A stretch of 41,807 nucleotides of DNA from Paraglomus brasilianum (Eukaryota): positions 1-41,807 of the forward strand of contig CAJVPI010000218.1 in the NCBI GenBank assembly GCA_910592345.1, read 5' to 3'. Positions 22,992 through 33,889 of the stretch are shown here, piece after piece. Every line of letters begins with the position of its first letter. Within the stretch, counting starts at the first letter, position 1. The notes beneath the pieces were generated by a model. It had not been told where the DNA came from. It ran no database searches and saw nothing but the letters and a program-made list of their open reading frames with translations. The position numbers and the translations under genes are program-made.

Positions 22992-23982
22992 TCAATAAAT
23001 TTCAATCTCAAGCTGAGTAGATAATTCAATGGTCAGCCAAAGCAAGAAAATGGTGAGTTAAAGATATATAATATAAGCAAAAACCAAATTCTTGCTATCT
23101 GTTATCAAAAGGATACAAATAGGAATGCAGTCCGTTGTGGATTACGGAAATTAAGTCCCTGGGGATTATATACACTCTGATTTTCTCCATCTAGAAATTT
23201 ACAAATATCCTCTATTGTCTATGTGATATCCAATATCGTGTTAGCATATTAGTTTTCACCAAGAATAAGCAATTCAACGTCAATCTACTAAGCCTGTCCA
23301 TATAAAAATCACCAACAATGACTCACCCGCTCATAATGTGATTTTATACACAGAGTCGAAGCATATAACGTAAGACAAGACAGAAGGTTATCAAACCAGT
23401 TGTATTTAGGATTATGTGCTTTTTCTAGCATCCGGTTCAATGTGCTTATTGTAGACTCGAATTGGTGGGGCGAAACCTAAAGAAAGCGAAAGCCGAGACA
23501 CAATTAGGACACAACGGACATGTTCCAGTCACCCTATTAAATGATAATTCTTAACGGAATAATGTAATCCAGAATTCTACCAATATGGCCCCGGTTGCCA
23601 CATGTGCAGTTGGTAAAGATCGTAATACTTTATAACACCGACTACTCACTCGTCCGTTTATCTTGTCTGGGAAGGTCAGATTAAACTGACATAACTCTCC
23701 CTTGGAATAATCCCTCTCTACACGAATAATTTGCTTAGGCAAAAGACCTGCTGAAGTAGCCCTGCTCGAAGGAGCTGCTGCTATTGTCTCTGGGTCAAGA
23801 AAAGTATATCTACCCACGTTATCACCCTCAACTAAACGTAAAGCAACCATGCCATCTTCAGCTATCTCTGATATATGGGTAGGGTCTACATCTGGGTCAG
23901 AGTATTGAGCAGATGCGAAGGGTATTCGAGTAAGCGGCGTTTTAGGAGAAGTTGGTATTGAAGAGCTATCTTTTAAGGACAT
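22992..23982 (-). CDS. ERF4: Golgin A7/ERF4 family Ras palmitoyltransferase accessory subunit, 4 exons (23982-23650, 23476-23327, 23218-23117, 23012-22992)
   Basis: Spliced product contains IIRVERDYSKGELCQFNLTFPDKINGRVSPHQFESTISTLNRML...LSCLTLY...SHYERTIEDICKFLDGENQSVYNPQGLNFRNPQRTAFLFLEIEIY*, the Erf4 domain pattern. All exons are phase 0. Confidence 0.88.
23013..23116 (-). other. Putative U12-type (minor spliceosome) GT-AG intron in ERF4
   Basis: The 5' splice site GTATCCTTTT matches the RTATCCTTT consensus exactly. TCTTTAAC is a U12-like branch site at about 23057-23064. The CTCAG acceptor restores LEIEIY*. Confidence 0.8.
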
Positions 23983-24752
23983 GTTGAATAAGGGTGAAGG
24001 AAAGGGAAAAGAGAGGAGGTTTTACGTGGGTAAACTAGGAGGATTGCTCGTAGAGCCAAGAGTAGCGAGAGATCCATCGTAAGCAAACGTCATTATTTGA
24101 TGCGCTGTGCAACAACAAATTCACACGAAATGAAATTTCTAATACAGTAGGTTACAAACAATTCGATCCCATAGTGGGCACAGGTTATAACGACACCAAA
24201 AATTTTCATATCATTATAAAAAAAGTCCTATTTTATTTTGCCTTTATGGGTTTACGAGAAACCTTGTCTGTTACTTACTAATAATAAATCCTCAGAACTG
24301 TTAAAATTTATAACAATCGTAACGTCGAATATCTTCACCATAGTGAGTGTTGATCTTCGTACCACGGCGATCATAAATTTTGTGCATTGTGAGGTGTCTT
24401 ATACAAGTTCGACATAGCGAATCTGGTAACTGAGCACGAGATTGCTGCATAGATTCGTTTGAATCTCACCCAATATGGATAATGAAACCCTATAAAAAGT
24501 TTACTGATTCTTAATTTTCAGTTTAATCAATGCGTACCAGCATTTGCTAAAACGCCTGTATTGCTCATCTCATCAATTTAACAATCTATTATTCACCCAG
24601 CTGTTTACAGTCGAGTTATGTTACTGTCGGAACCAGACAAGTTCTCATCTTTATTTAATATTATGCGCAGAATATCGGCTTTATTTGCAAAAGGATTTAA
24701 TACGTTTCACGCGTACTCCCCATACTCCCCACTCGTACCAGTGCCTCAGATT

Positions 24753-27700
24753 CTAACTTTGGCAGTTTGTTTTTATATAATTAGCACAAACTTTCGCCAA
24801 CTGCTTTCCCTCGTATTTGTCAGCATACTCCTTGATATTCTTGACGTTTGTGCGCGTTAAATAACGTGACAGTCTACATTCCACTATATCACGTAAATCA
24901 ATTAATTCGTAATAATTGGATGCCCATAGAAGATCTAAATATAATCGCACCCGTTCGCTCTCTTCGGCAGCAATCCGCTTCGAATGGATCGCAACATCTA
25001 TCATGTTTCCATATAGAAAACTCAGAAATACCTCGAACGATCGTGGCTCCATTTCCGAAATTTTATGAACAGCTGGGTCAGACGGAGTGGACTCTTTGAA
25101 GCGAGTATTTGAGAGAGATTTTTTGAACACTCCTCCGTTAGCTGCTAGCACATATCTATTAGCATAAAATTTTTCGCCTTTGACATCAAAGACAGTATCG
25201 TGTACATCCGGGAGTTCCGAGAGAAGGTTCAAAATGCCGGCGAGAAATGCACTCGTCTGCTTGTCTTCGGGTTCGGGAAGGTGTTCCAGTCGTACATTTT
25301 TGACTCCCGCAGCTTTAAGTAATTCCGGATATGGTTGAAGGATTTCTTTTATGAAATCATTTTCTTGTTTCGTTGCCCCGAACTTCAATTGTGAATACGA
25401 TTTCCAGTTCTTACGGTCGAATGGATCTTCATCCTCATTTATATTTAAAAAAATAGTACCTGCCATTTTCAGCCATCTCCCAATGGTCGAATCGCTATAT
25501 TGAACAGTTTTATCCAGGACTTCGTAGATCTTTCTAACAATACGATATGTGTCTCTCCGGTCTACCAATTCATTCAGTTTAACAGAAATTTGTTTCAAAT
25601 GCCTTAGAACATTTTCGGCCGTTGGCGCCCCAATGTGAGGATATTTTCTCGTTATTTCTCCTTTTGGAATGATATTATAGTCGATAATTGGTAGCTGTGT
25701 CCATGTAATATCACTGTACTCTGGCAGACAGAGTTTTTTGAATGCTCCAAATCCACTAGGAGGCATAGGGCAACAATTTTGTCTCCGACCATTTACCATA
25801 ACTGGTACAACGGGGACGAATTCAATCAATTCGAGGCATGCCCACTGCTCATCATTGAAGCTCAAGCAGGAGAAATTATTATACAAAAAGTTCAAAGCAA
25901 CGAATGCAGGACCACGAAGATGAATGGTGGATTCGTTCTCAAACTCGGTCGTCCATTTCACTTGCTCGGCAATGTACTCAGCACACTTGATAAAATTGTT
26001 TGTGTCAACCGATGTATTGACACCAATTTTCTGTAGATTTTGCATAGAGGCGTTATTCCCTTTGAAGCTTGTACTTATCAACTTATCTGGTGCATTACCA
26101 AAGACTATACGAAATAGTTCTACATTCCCGTGATAAAGATTCGATGGTTTAACCAGATTGCCTTCTTGGTTTGGAATCGTTTTTCTGTTTCTTAGGTACT
26201 CAAGGATCGAATCATCATTTAATCTTAATATGGATTCTAAGAACCGTACATATTCGTCGAGGTCTGCATCAAGAGCATGTTCGATTATTCCACCTCTTAC
26301 TAGATAATCATAGGCGCTAATAGAGCTGGCACCCAGAGCGCGTAGAATATTATGGTCCCTCTGATCCTCAGTTGTAAATATTTTTGGATATCGAGGAGAA
26401 GAGTACTGAAATATGTTCTTTTCGAGGATAATATTACCTTCGGAAGGGGTCACAAACACCTTTTCGCTAGACTGAGTTCGTATTGGCCATATACGAAGAT
26501 TCTTAAGAAGTGTTTCATATACGGTTTTCTCACAACATATCTCAGACCAATAACGTCGAATAAATGCTTTCAAAGCACCAACCTCTGGGGGGGACCAAAG
26601 TTTTAAGAAATCCTTTGGTCTGTTTTGAGCTAACCAAACTTTCTGCAATATCATAAGTACGTTCACGGCCGACCATTCGTATATATACTGACTCACTTCG
26701 CTATTGTCCGTGTAAGATGATCTATCTGTAAACAGAACGCCTAGCTTACTTAATGCAATTGGCAGCTTATTATCCGCAGTTAATTGGCTCACGAGGACAG
26801 GAATCTGCCTTTCCAGCGGGACTAGACATGAATGGCCGGAAATATCCAGGATAGGATAGTTTTTAAACATGGACACGTTTACATTGGATTCAATCAACAA
26901 CTCCCATATTCTGTCGAGACATGATTTTGTCAACCATGTCTTGCCTGGAGCCCCTTTGTCGGGATTCCATTCATTGATTATTGAACGAGGTAGATGTCTC
27001 TGCAGATACAAGTATACCGCATTCCCATTAAACTGCCTCACGCTTGTCCAATCTTGAAAATCATCCATTTGATCACGAATGACGTCATCATAAAGCGCGT
27101 TAGCTGTATCAACAAGTCGAGACTCATCAAAGTTAGGAAATAGTTCTAAATCATCCTCTGACGCAATATAATAATGCAGTAAATCTGTCGAGCTGCCAAA
27201 TTCGGCCATGGTACCATCTTTCAAAGGTAATAGTTGAATACCAGATAAGTCCTGATATCCTTCGTCTTCTACCATGAACTGGAGAATATCGCAGCATTCG
27301 TCTTGGTCTAAGAAGCTAGCCAACGGTTTGTTTCTCAATTTATCCCTTGCTCTTTCATTTGTAACTAGATGCTGTTTCTTTAGTTTCCCTATTTTCTTTA
27401 AATTTTCGATCTTGTTGTAAGGTAAGTACACTGCAAGATCACCATAACGCACGAAGGCTTTTGTGACAGCTGCATCATCACAGAAAATACTTTCCTCAAT
27501 GGAGACCCATTTACCATTTGATCTGAAAAATGGATAGTCGAGTGGAAGTTCTTTCAAAACGTTCTCGCCGTATTTCTTAAAGAGTTCATGGCTGGACAAT
27601 GGCCAACACACTTCAATTGGACATTCACCATCATTTCGAGCTTCAAATTCTTTGCGGCTGTTTAGTGCTTTCAAGAGTTCCACGTGCACTTTTGGTAACA

Positions 27701-29038
27701 CATCCCAAAGTATGTGTCTATTCCAACCCAATTTCGCGCTATCTGTATCAGACTGTTTAGCATTTGTCAACAGAATGCTCATTCGATCCGACGATGTTTC
27801 CCACAAGCCATGGATATGGACAGACATTCCAGTCTTTATCGGTAACGGAAAGTAGCAAAATATGTTGCCCTCTTCCTTACGATCTAAGCGAACGGCAACG
27901 CCCCCAGAAGACATCTTCCTATTATAATTCATTAGTTTTTTTAATTCGGTCTGGCATCCAATGGAGCAGTGATAATTAGCGGTCGTAGGTTTTTTATAAG
28001 GATAGCCGCTGGTCACTTCAATCGATAAAGGGTACTGACGATATCCGTATTCAGTGCTACTACGCATCCTCTGAATTGATTCATCCATGTTTACGATTCT
28101 TGCTTTCCACATTAATTTGGGCGACGGGGTATCTTCCGTAACGCCTGCATCAATTGTTAACACCTCGAATTCCTCAACGTTCCTTAAAAATAGTAGATAC
28201 TTCTGGGCATTCCCTTTCATGCTTTCCAAGGATTTGCGAAGATCTTCCGGTGTGATCCGAAGTTGTTTAATCTTGCTTTTTTTCACGAGTTCTTCAGAGC
28301 GTAATGGTAATCGAAAAAGCGTGCCTTTGGATTCGTCACAAGTGTAATTCTTTATACGAAGGTACGGCGCAGCTTGAGCAGGATAGTGGTTGCAAAAATC
28401 TGCATCAAACTTGTACCGTACACCAGCACGGCGCCCACGTCCTGCTGATGGGAGAAAGTCTCTGTGGGGGTCAAAGAAAGCGATATAACCACCACTCACA
28501 ACAGAAGGGACATCCGTGATGTTATAGCACGTATTGAATCCTTATAAAATTTCAATATGGCGAGTAAGATATTTGCCTTGATATAAAAGCCAAATTGCGA
28601 AGTTATAGAATTGAAATGTGACTAACCTATGCCAAATCTCCCAATTCTAGTCTCATCATCACGTTTGCCACCCTCGCCAAGTTTCTGTAAACCTTCAAAA
28701 TCACGTTGTTCAAAACTGGCATCATTAAAAATCAGTAGGGCTGGTCCTTGCCAGGGTGCCATTGTCGCAAAATCCCCAGTCTCGCCTCGGTGACAACGTT
28801 CATCGATTATTACACTATATCTGCGAGCTCCTGCATCGTCGGCATTTTGTAAAAATTCGCGGAAAATATGTTCCCATGCATAGTCCTAGAGTATTAAAAG
28901 GTTTAGTTTGCGTATTAGTATGAAGATTAACGTATAATTAGCCAAGTTAACAATGGACATACATACACTTATAGCCGTCTTGATGGTATTAATTAGGGTT
29001 GGTGTTTGTTCGAAAATCTCAGGACTAATAGAAGCCAT
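24753..29038 (-). CDS. Sacsin-like (GHKL/HSP90-type ATPase repeat) plus C-terminal BTB/POZ domain protein, 3 exons (29038-28967, 28885-28627, 28540-24753)
   Basis: Upstream exons missed by the ORF track give IFREFLQNADDAGA...WQGPALLIFNDASF...GEGGKRDDETRIGRFGIGFNTCYNITDVPSVVSGGYIAFFDPH, then GTLFRLPLR, LLFLRNVEE and FCYFPLP...TG..VHIHG.W (sacsin repeat). The C-terminus HDTVFDVKGEKFYANRYVLAA...FEVFLSFLY...ASNYYEL...CANYI is BTB plus a BACK-like segment. Confidence 0.9.
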
Positions 29039-29463
29039 TATTAGTATTTCGCTAAGTATTCTGGTCCTGAATAACCGAAGAAATTTGGTGGCGTGTTGCT
29101 GATTTTTCGATTATGAGGTAAAACCCGCCATTATTCACCCAAAATATCCATTTGGCGTAAATTGCTCGATTTGGTACACTTATCACTGTTTCCTGAAAGA
29201 AGGAATGAACATTCCGAAATGACAATGCTGGGTTGTAAACCTTAGTAGAGTTTCAGCCCCTTCAGCACTTGTTAGTGAGATATGACTCTGGTGTAAAACA
29301 TAATAATAAGGGTAGATAATTGAGTAGTTTGTTGGGTATGATGAAACTTGCCGTTGTATGACCAATGAGTTATTTCGGAGTTTGCAATCCAAAACACATA
29401 TATTGCTAAATTTATCCATTGGGGCGTAATAACGTTTGTTATTATTATCTTCAGCGTCTGATA

Positions 29464-29673
29464 ACGAATCAACTTTATCTTTCGTGCCTTTGTTGAGCAC
29501 GCATGTGTTTGGTTAAAGTGGGACTTGAAACAATAACAATATCTATCTTAAAATACGAATAAATCCTTATCAGTACAAAACCCCTATTAACTCATTTTCT
29601 ACGAATCAACTTCATTTTATTATTCTTCGTGCCTTTGTTGAGCACGTATTTCAGCTATTAACTCATTTTCTAC
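29464..29673. repeat. Interleaved direct repeats containing a short inverted repeat
   Basis: ACGAATCAACTT...TTCGTGCCTTTGTTGAGCACG occurs at 29464-29501 and 29601-29646. CTATTAACTCATTTTCTAC occurs at 29584-29602 and 29655-29673. Confidence 0.85.
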
Positions 29674-30044
29674 TGAGCAAATTAGTAAACATACCGCCGA
29701 TCTGAATAGTATTCGCATCGTTATCGCTAAGAGTGCACACAGAAGAAAAGGAAACGAGTCTAACGAATTACTTAAAAATTGAATGCAGATATTGTCACGG
29801 TATCTACATTAATTGTTTTTAGAAATAGAAGTCGGTGCATTCTGTAAATAGAATAGATTATAATCAACATCCGTTTGGCAGAGGAAAAACTGTAAGATGT
29901 GACAAGAACTTGGCGATCAATACATAATACAATGATAGCGATGACAACTTTAAATTCGTACAGTTCGACCCCAAATGTATCATTATAATTCTCTGTAAAA
30001 AGGAATAACCATCTTTATAATACAATTTTTATTCTATTACAACG

Positions 30045-33000
30045 TCAACATAATAAATTCGCTACGCTCTCTTTGACTGTCGTCGGGAATTCTTTCCTCT
30101 CCAACAACTCGGCAACTCTTTTAGCTTCTCTCACTTTCCCATTTTTCACATATGCTTTAACCATCACTTCATAAGTACTAGGCTCTCTTAATACAGTACC
30201 CTTCTCTTTATGATCGGTATCCTTCATTGCCAAGAAGATAGCCTCGGCCTTTTCCCAATGTCCGACATCACCATACCCACGAATAAACAGATTCTCGATA
30301 TATGGGGTGGTATGCACTTTATCATCCTCCAACATTCTACGACGATAATCTTCAGCCTGACCTAGACGTTGATGTTCAATCAAGGATTCGAAAAGTGCTT
30401 GATAAGCACTTTCATCTGGTCGGAGTTTGTGCTCGGTGAAAATTGATTCAAATGTGTCGATTGCACTTTCAATATTGTTCTGTTTCATGCCGTATGCATA
30501 TATGAGTGATGCGAAATGAGTTGGAGCTGGATAAACTTCTTCCTTACGCATTTGGTCAAACAGTGTCATAGCTGATTGCATGTCATATGGTTCAATTGCA
30601 GCATATGCATCAATCAATAATTTCCATGTATGTTCAGTTGGACGCATGCCTCTTGCTTTCAATTGATCAAAATAGTATAATGCTTTAGAACGGTCCTGTA
30701 GATCCCAGGTATAGAATTGAATCATTGAGTTGTATGGGCCTATTCTGGCTTGGACATTGGGTGATGTTTCCATCTCTTTAAATAATTGTACTGCATGTTC
30801 TTCTGATCTCACTCGTATACAAGCAGTGATCAAAGCACCATATGTAATAGCATTTGGTTGAATGCCATTGGATTTCATGTCTTTGTATATTTCCCATACA
30901 TAATCTGACTTGCGAGCTTTACCCACTTTGCTGATGAGGACATTATAGAAATAGAGATTGAGTTTAACATTAAATTGTTTGGCTTCTTTGTACATATTAA
31001 TAGCTATGTCTGCCTCATCGAATACTTTGTCACTCTCAGCTAACAAGAGACTTGCATATGCATTAGAATCAAGTGCCTGTCCATTCTCGAGTACTTGATA
31101 ATAGAGGGATAGAGCCTCTTCTATGTTACCAACTGTTGCATATGATATGACCATGTTATTGCGTGCCAAATAAATAGCATGATTTTTGAGTGAATTGTTC
31201 CATACGTTAGCCACTTCTAATGCTATGTCAAATAGTTCCTTCGATCTCTCAATGTTTTTGGCCTTCCCTACATTTCGAATAGCATGCCCCATAACCTCTG
31301 GGGTTGGATACACACTCCCTGCAATCATGTCCCTAACTTTTTTTACCACCAGAGCAGAATCCACAGTTGTAGTCTGGCAACACAAATGATATAGCTTGTC
31401 TGACTCTCTAATCTCTTCAGCAGTGGGCCACCTAATTGAGTCAGTGCTAGTTAATGCAGCCCAATTTTGAGCGACTTCCGGGCCACAAGTTTGGAGAAGA
31501 TGTTGATGGATCTTATCACTGAGTTTCCGAGTGGGCAATGCATTATGCAACTTGGAGTCTTCAAGTATGCTAAATATTCTCTTTGTGAATGTCTCAGCAG
31601 TAGTAGGAGTATGTTCATCATGTGTTTGCCCAATAGCTGCTTTGAATAGGAGACCATACTCTCTCTTGGATAGTGGAGGCGGGCCATATTGATCTTTTGT
31701 GTATATATATTTATCGAGAAGGGCATTGTTCATTGCATGGCTGAATCGGAAATTTCTACGAGCATGATGCATTGAGCTGTTGGCTGTGTTGTAAGATGTG
31801 TTTGTACTTGTATTTGCATATATTATCATTAAGGCTAATGCATCTTCAAGTGTTATCCTAGAGTCATTTAGTAAAGAGTCGGCAATTAAATTCAATTTGC
31901 TTAATGTATAACCTAACCCTCTGCATAGTACCAATTGTATCATGTTATCAAATATCTTCAATGCGGCAACATTCCTTCCCGAATCAATAAGTCCAGATAC
32001 GACATGTTCAATAAGCGGTATGTCTGGTACCATATTATCCTTAATAGCTCTGTCAATCAGATCACATACTCTGTCAGGATCATTCTCAATCGATGCGTAT
32101 ATATATGCTGCAAGTTCATTATAACGAGGTATTATATCTGCCTTCACCATCTTCTCATACACCTCAGTTGCTTCTTTGTATTTATCAGCAAGCGAATAAT
32201 GGAACAACAGCGTCTCGTGTATCGCTCGATTAGGTAACGGTAGACACTCCTCCATACTCATTTTGCCATACCACTCATGCGCAACATCGTAATACCCTTT
32301 TTTGCACAATTCCTTAATCAAGTGATAATAATTAGTAACATTAGAAGCGACATTATTCTCGGGCATCCTCTTCTCGATCACGTCAATCGCCTCGCTTATT
32401 TCACCGTTCTTAACATATGCAGCAATGAGAGCACAGTACAGAAAATTAGGGTCATGTTGAGGTAATCGTTGTACGATGGTTTCGTATTCCCGTAGACAAT
32501 CCGACGCACTTCCCGTATCGCCAATCATCCCATATGCTTGAATCAACGAAGCATACGTAGAAGCCGATGGTTGCATCTGCTGTGCTTCGATATACTGAAA
32601 TACGACTAATGCCTCAACCGTCCTTCCATTCACAGCCAAAGCATGGAGAAGACTATTGCATGTCTCAAGATCATAATGGACATTATTTCGAATACGAGTG
32701 GATTCAAATATACTCATTGCGTGATCTAAATTGCCCTCGGATCGAAGAGATTCGAGTCGTTTGTAAAATTCGTCATCGAATTTGGATGTCTTCCATGGAA
32801 GATTCTCTAATGTTTCCAAGAGGAAATTAACTTCGACATCACGCTTAGATAGACCGCGCACTGTTACCATGTATGTGAAGTTATCGGGTACGATTCCCAT
32901 GTTCAGCATTTCTGTGTATACTTCCAGCAACCGAAATGATTTATGTCCAACTGAGCGAAGTGAGGCGTGGGCATCGAGTACCAAGTTATAAGTATATGTA

Positions 33001-33452
33001 GTAAGCGCAACGCCTTCTGATTTCATTCGGTTGAATTCGCGCTCTACACCAATAAGATCTCCTTCTCGTTTGAGCGCAAGAATTCTGCTGTTATATTCGC
33101 CAGTAGAACGCACCTGAGTAGATGCATCTATAGCAACATTTCCAGATCGATAGCCCGTATGCGCAAACGAGTTGAACGTAGAATAATTATGTCGAAGTGC
33201 CTCAACTTTGAAGTCTTGTTGCTGTCGCTGTTCCAGTTGCTGCTGATTGTTGTGTTGAGAGTTGCTGCTTGTTGTTGAAGTTGTGTAATGTGTTTGCACT
33301 ATACGTGCAGCATGTATCTTGCTCGAAGCTGTTCGATTAGTGAAGCCATGGTGACTGACCGTTGATTTTGCTCCAAAGTTTCCATGGATAAACGATCTTG
33401 TATTTTGCCTTGCGATTGCTGCAAGAGCAGTACTTGCTTTGATATGAGACAT
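30045..33452 (-). CDS. Mitochondrial pentatricopeptide-repeat (PPR) protein, fungal Ppr5-like; single exon
   Basis: 1135-aa ORF with many 35-aa PPR motifs (YTYNLVLDAH, PDNFTYMVTVRG, YFYNVLISKVGKARK, PNAITYGALITAC, REPSTYEVMVKAY). The basic, acid-poor Ser/Ala/Arg N-terminus resembles a mitochondrial presequence. Confidence 0.92.
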   Translation of the reverse strand: MSHIKASTALAAIARQNTRSFIHGNFGAKSTVSHHGFTNRTASSKIHAARIVQTHYTTSTTSSNSQHNNQQQLEQRQQQDFKVEALRHNYSTFNSFAHTGYRSGNVAIDASTQVRSTGEYNSRILALKREGDLIGVEREFNRMKSEGVALTTYTYNLVLDAHASLRSVGHKSFRLLEVYTEMLNMGIVPDNFTYMVTVRGLSKRDVEVNFLLETLENLPWKTSKFDDEFYKRLESLRSEGNLDHAMSIFESTRIRNNVHYDLETCNSLLHALAVNGRTVEALVVFQYIEAQQMQPSASTYASLIQAYGMIGDTGSASDCLREYETIVQRLPQHDPNFLYCALIAAYVKNGEISEAIDVIEKRMPENNVASNVTNYYHLIKELCKKGYYDVAHEWYGKMSMEECLPLPNRAIHETLLFHYSLADKYKEATEVYEKMVKADIIPRYNELAAYIYASIENDPDRVCDLIDRAIKDNMVPDIPLIEHVVSGLIDSGRNVAALKIFDNMIQLVLCRGLGYTLSKLNLIADSLLNDSRITLEDALALMIIYANTSTNTSYNTANSSMHHARRNFRFSHAMNNALLDKYIYTKDQYGPPPLSKREYGLLFKAAIGQTHDEHTPTTAETFTKRIFSILEDSKLHNALPTRKLSDKIHQHLLQTCGPEVAQNWAALTSTDSIRWPTAEEIRESDKLYHLCCQTTTVDSALVVKKVRDMIAGSVYPTPEVMGHAIRNVGKAKNIERSKELFDIALEVANVWNNSLKNHAIYLARNNMVISYATVGNIEEALSLYYQVLENGQALDSNAYASLLLAESDKVFDEADIAINMYKEAKQFNVKLNLYFYNVLISKVGKARKSDYVWEIYKDMKSNGIQPNAITYGALITACIRVRSEEHAVQLFKEMETSPNVQARIGPYNSMIQFYTWDLQDRSKALYYFDQLKARGMRPTEHTWKLLIDAYAAIEPYDMQSAMTLFDQMRKEEVYPAPTHFASLIYAYGMKQNNIESAIDTFESIFTEHKLRPDESAYQALFESLIEHQRLGQAEDYRRRMLEDDKVHTTPYIENLFIRGYGDVGHWEKAEAIFLAMKDTDHKEKGTVLREPSTYEVMVKAYVKNGKVREAKRVAELLERKEFPTTVKESVANLLC

Positions 33453-33889
33453 AAGTACTAATAATGGGGAGTATAGATTGATGTTTGAATGTTTGTTAGA
33501 AATTTACAAATATGCAACTTCCTCTCAGCGATCATATCTGGTTTTTAAATGAAAAATTATCAGGAGATTATTTAAGATCACGACATTCAGTTGAGATAGC
33601 AAAAGATTTAATTTAAGTGATGCACGCCGATCATACGATTCTATTTCCCGTGTGACGCATTGTTTGTCAATCGAAAACTTCCGTTGACACATTATTAGGA
33701 TAAGCGTTTATTGGCTGTTGTATGCAAAGCTTTCGGAATGAGGAATACAAACTTGTAGCATGACACGGACATGTGAGATAGAAAGTACATCCGCACCAAT
33801 TTTGATGAAAATAATTTAATTCTATTCGCTCTATGATGTCACGTCATTTTAACCAATGCTCAAGTTAATCAGCACATGGTTTTGTTTCA

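Noticed and set aside
29183..29500. 105-aa minus-strand ORF upstream of sacsin-BTB
   Set aside because: It starts within a repeat, has a non-ATG start and shows no domain similarity I can recognise.
24544..33000. Numerous short plus-strand ORFs overlapping the sacsin-BTB and PPR genes
   Set aside because: They are antisense or alternative-frame shadows of long coding regions with no independent signals.
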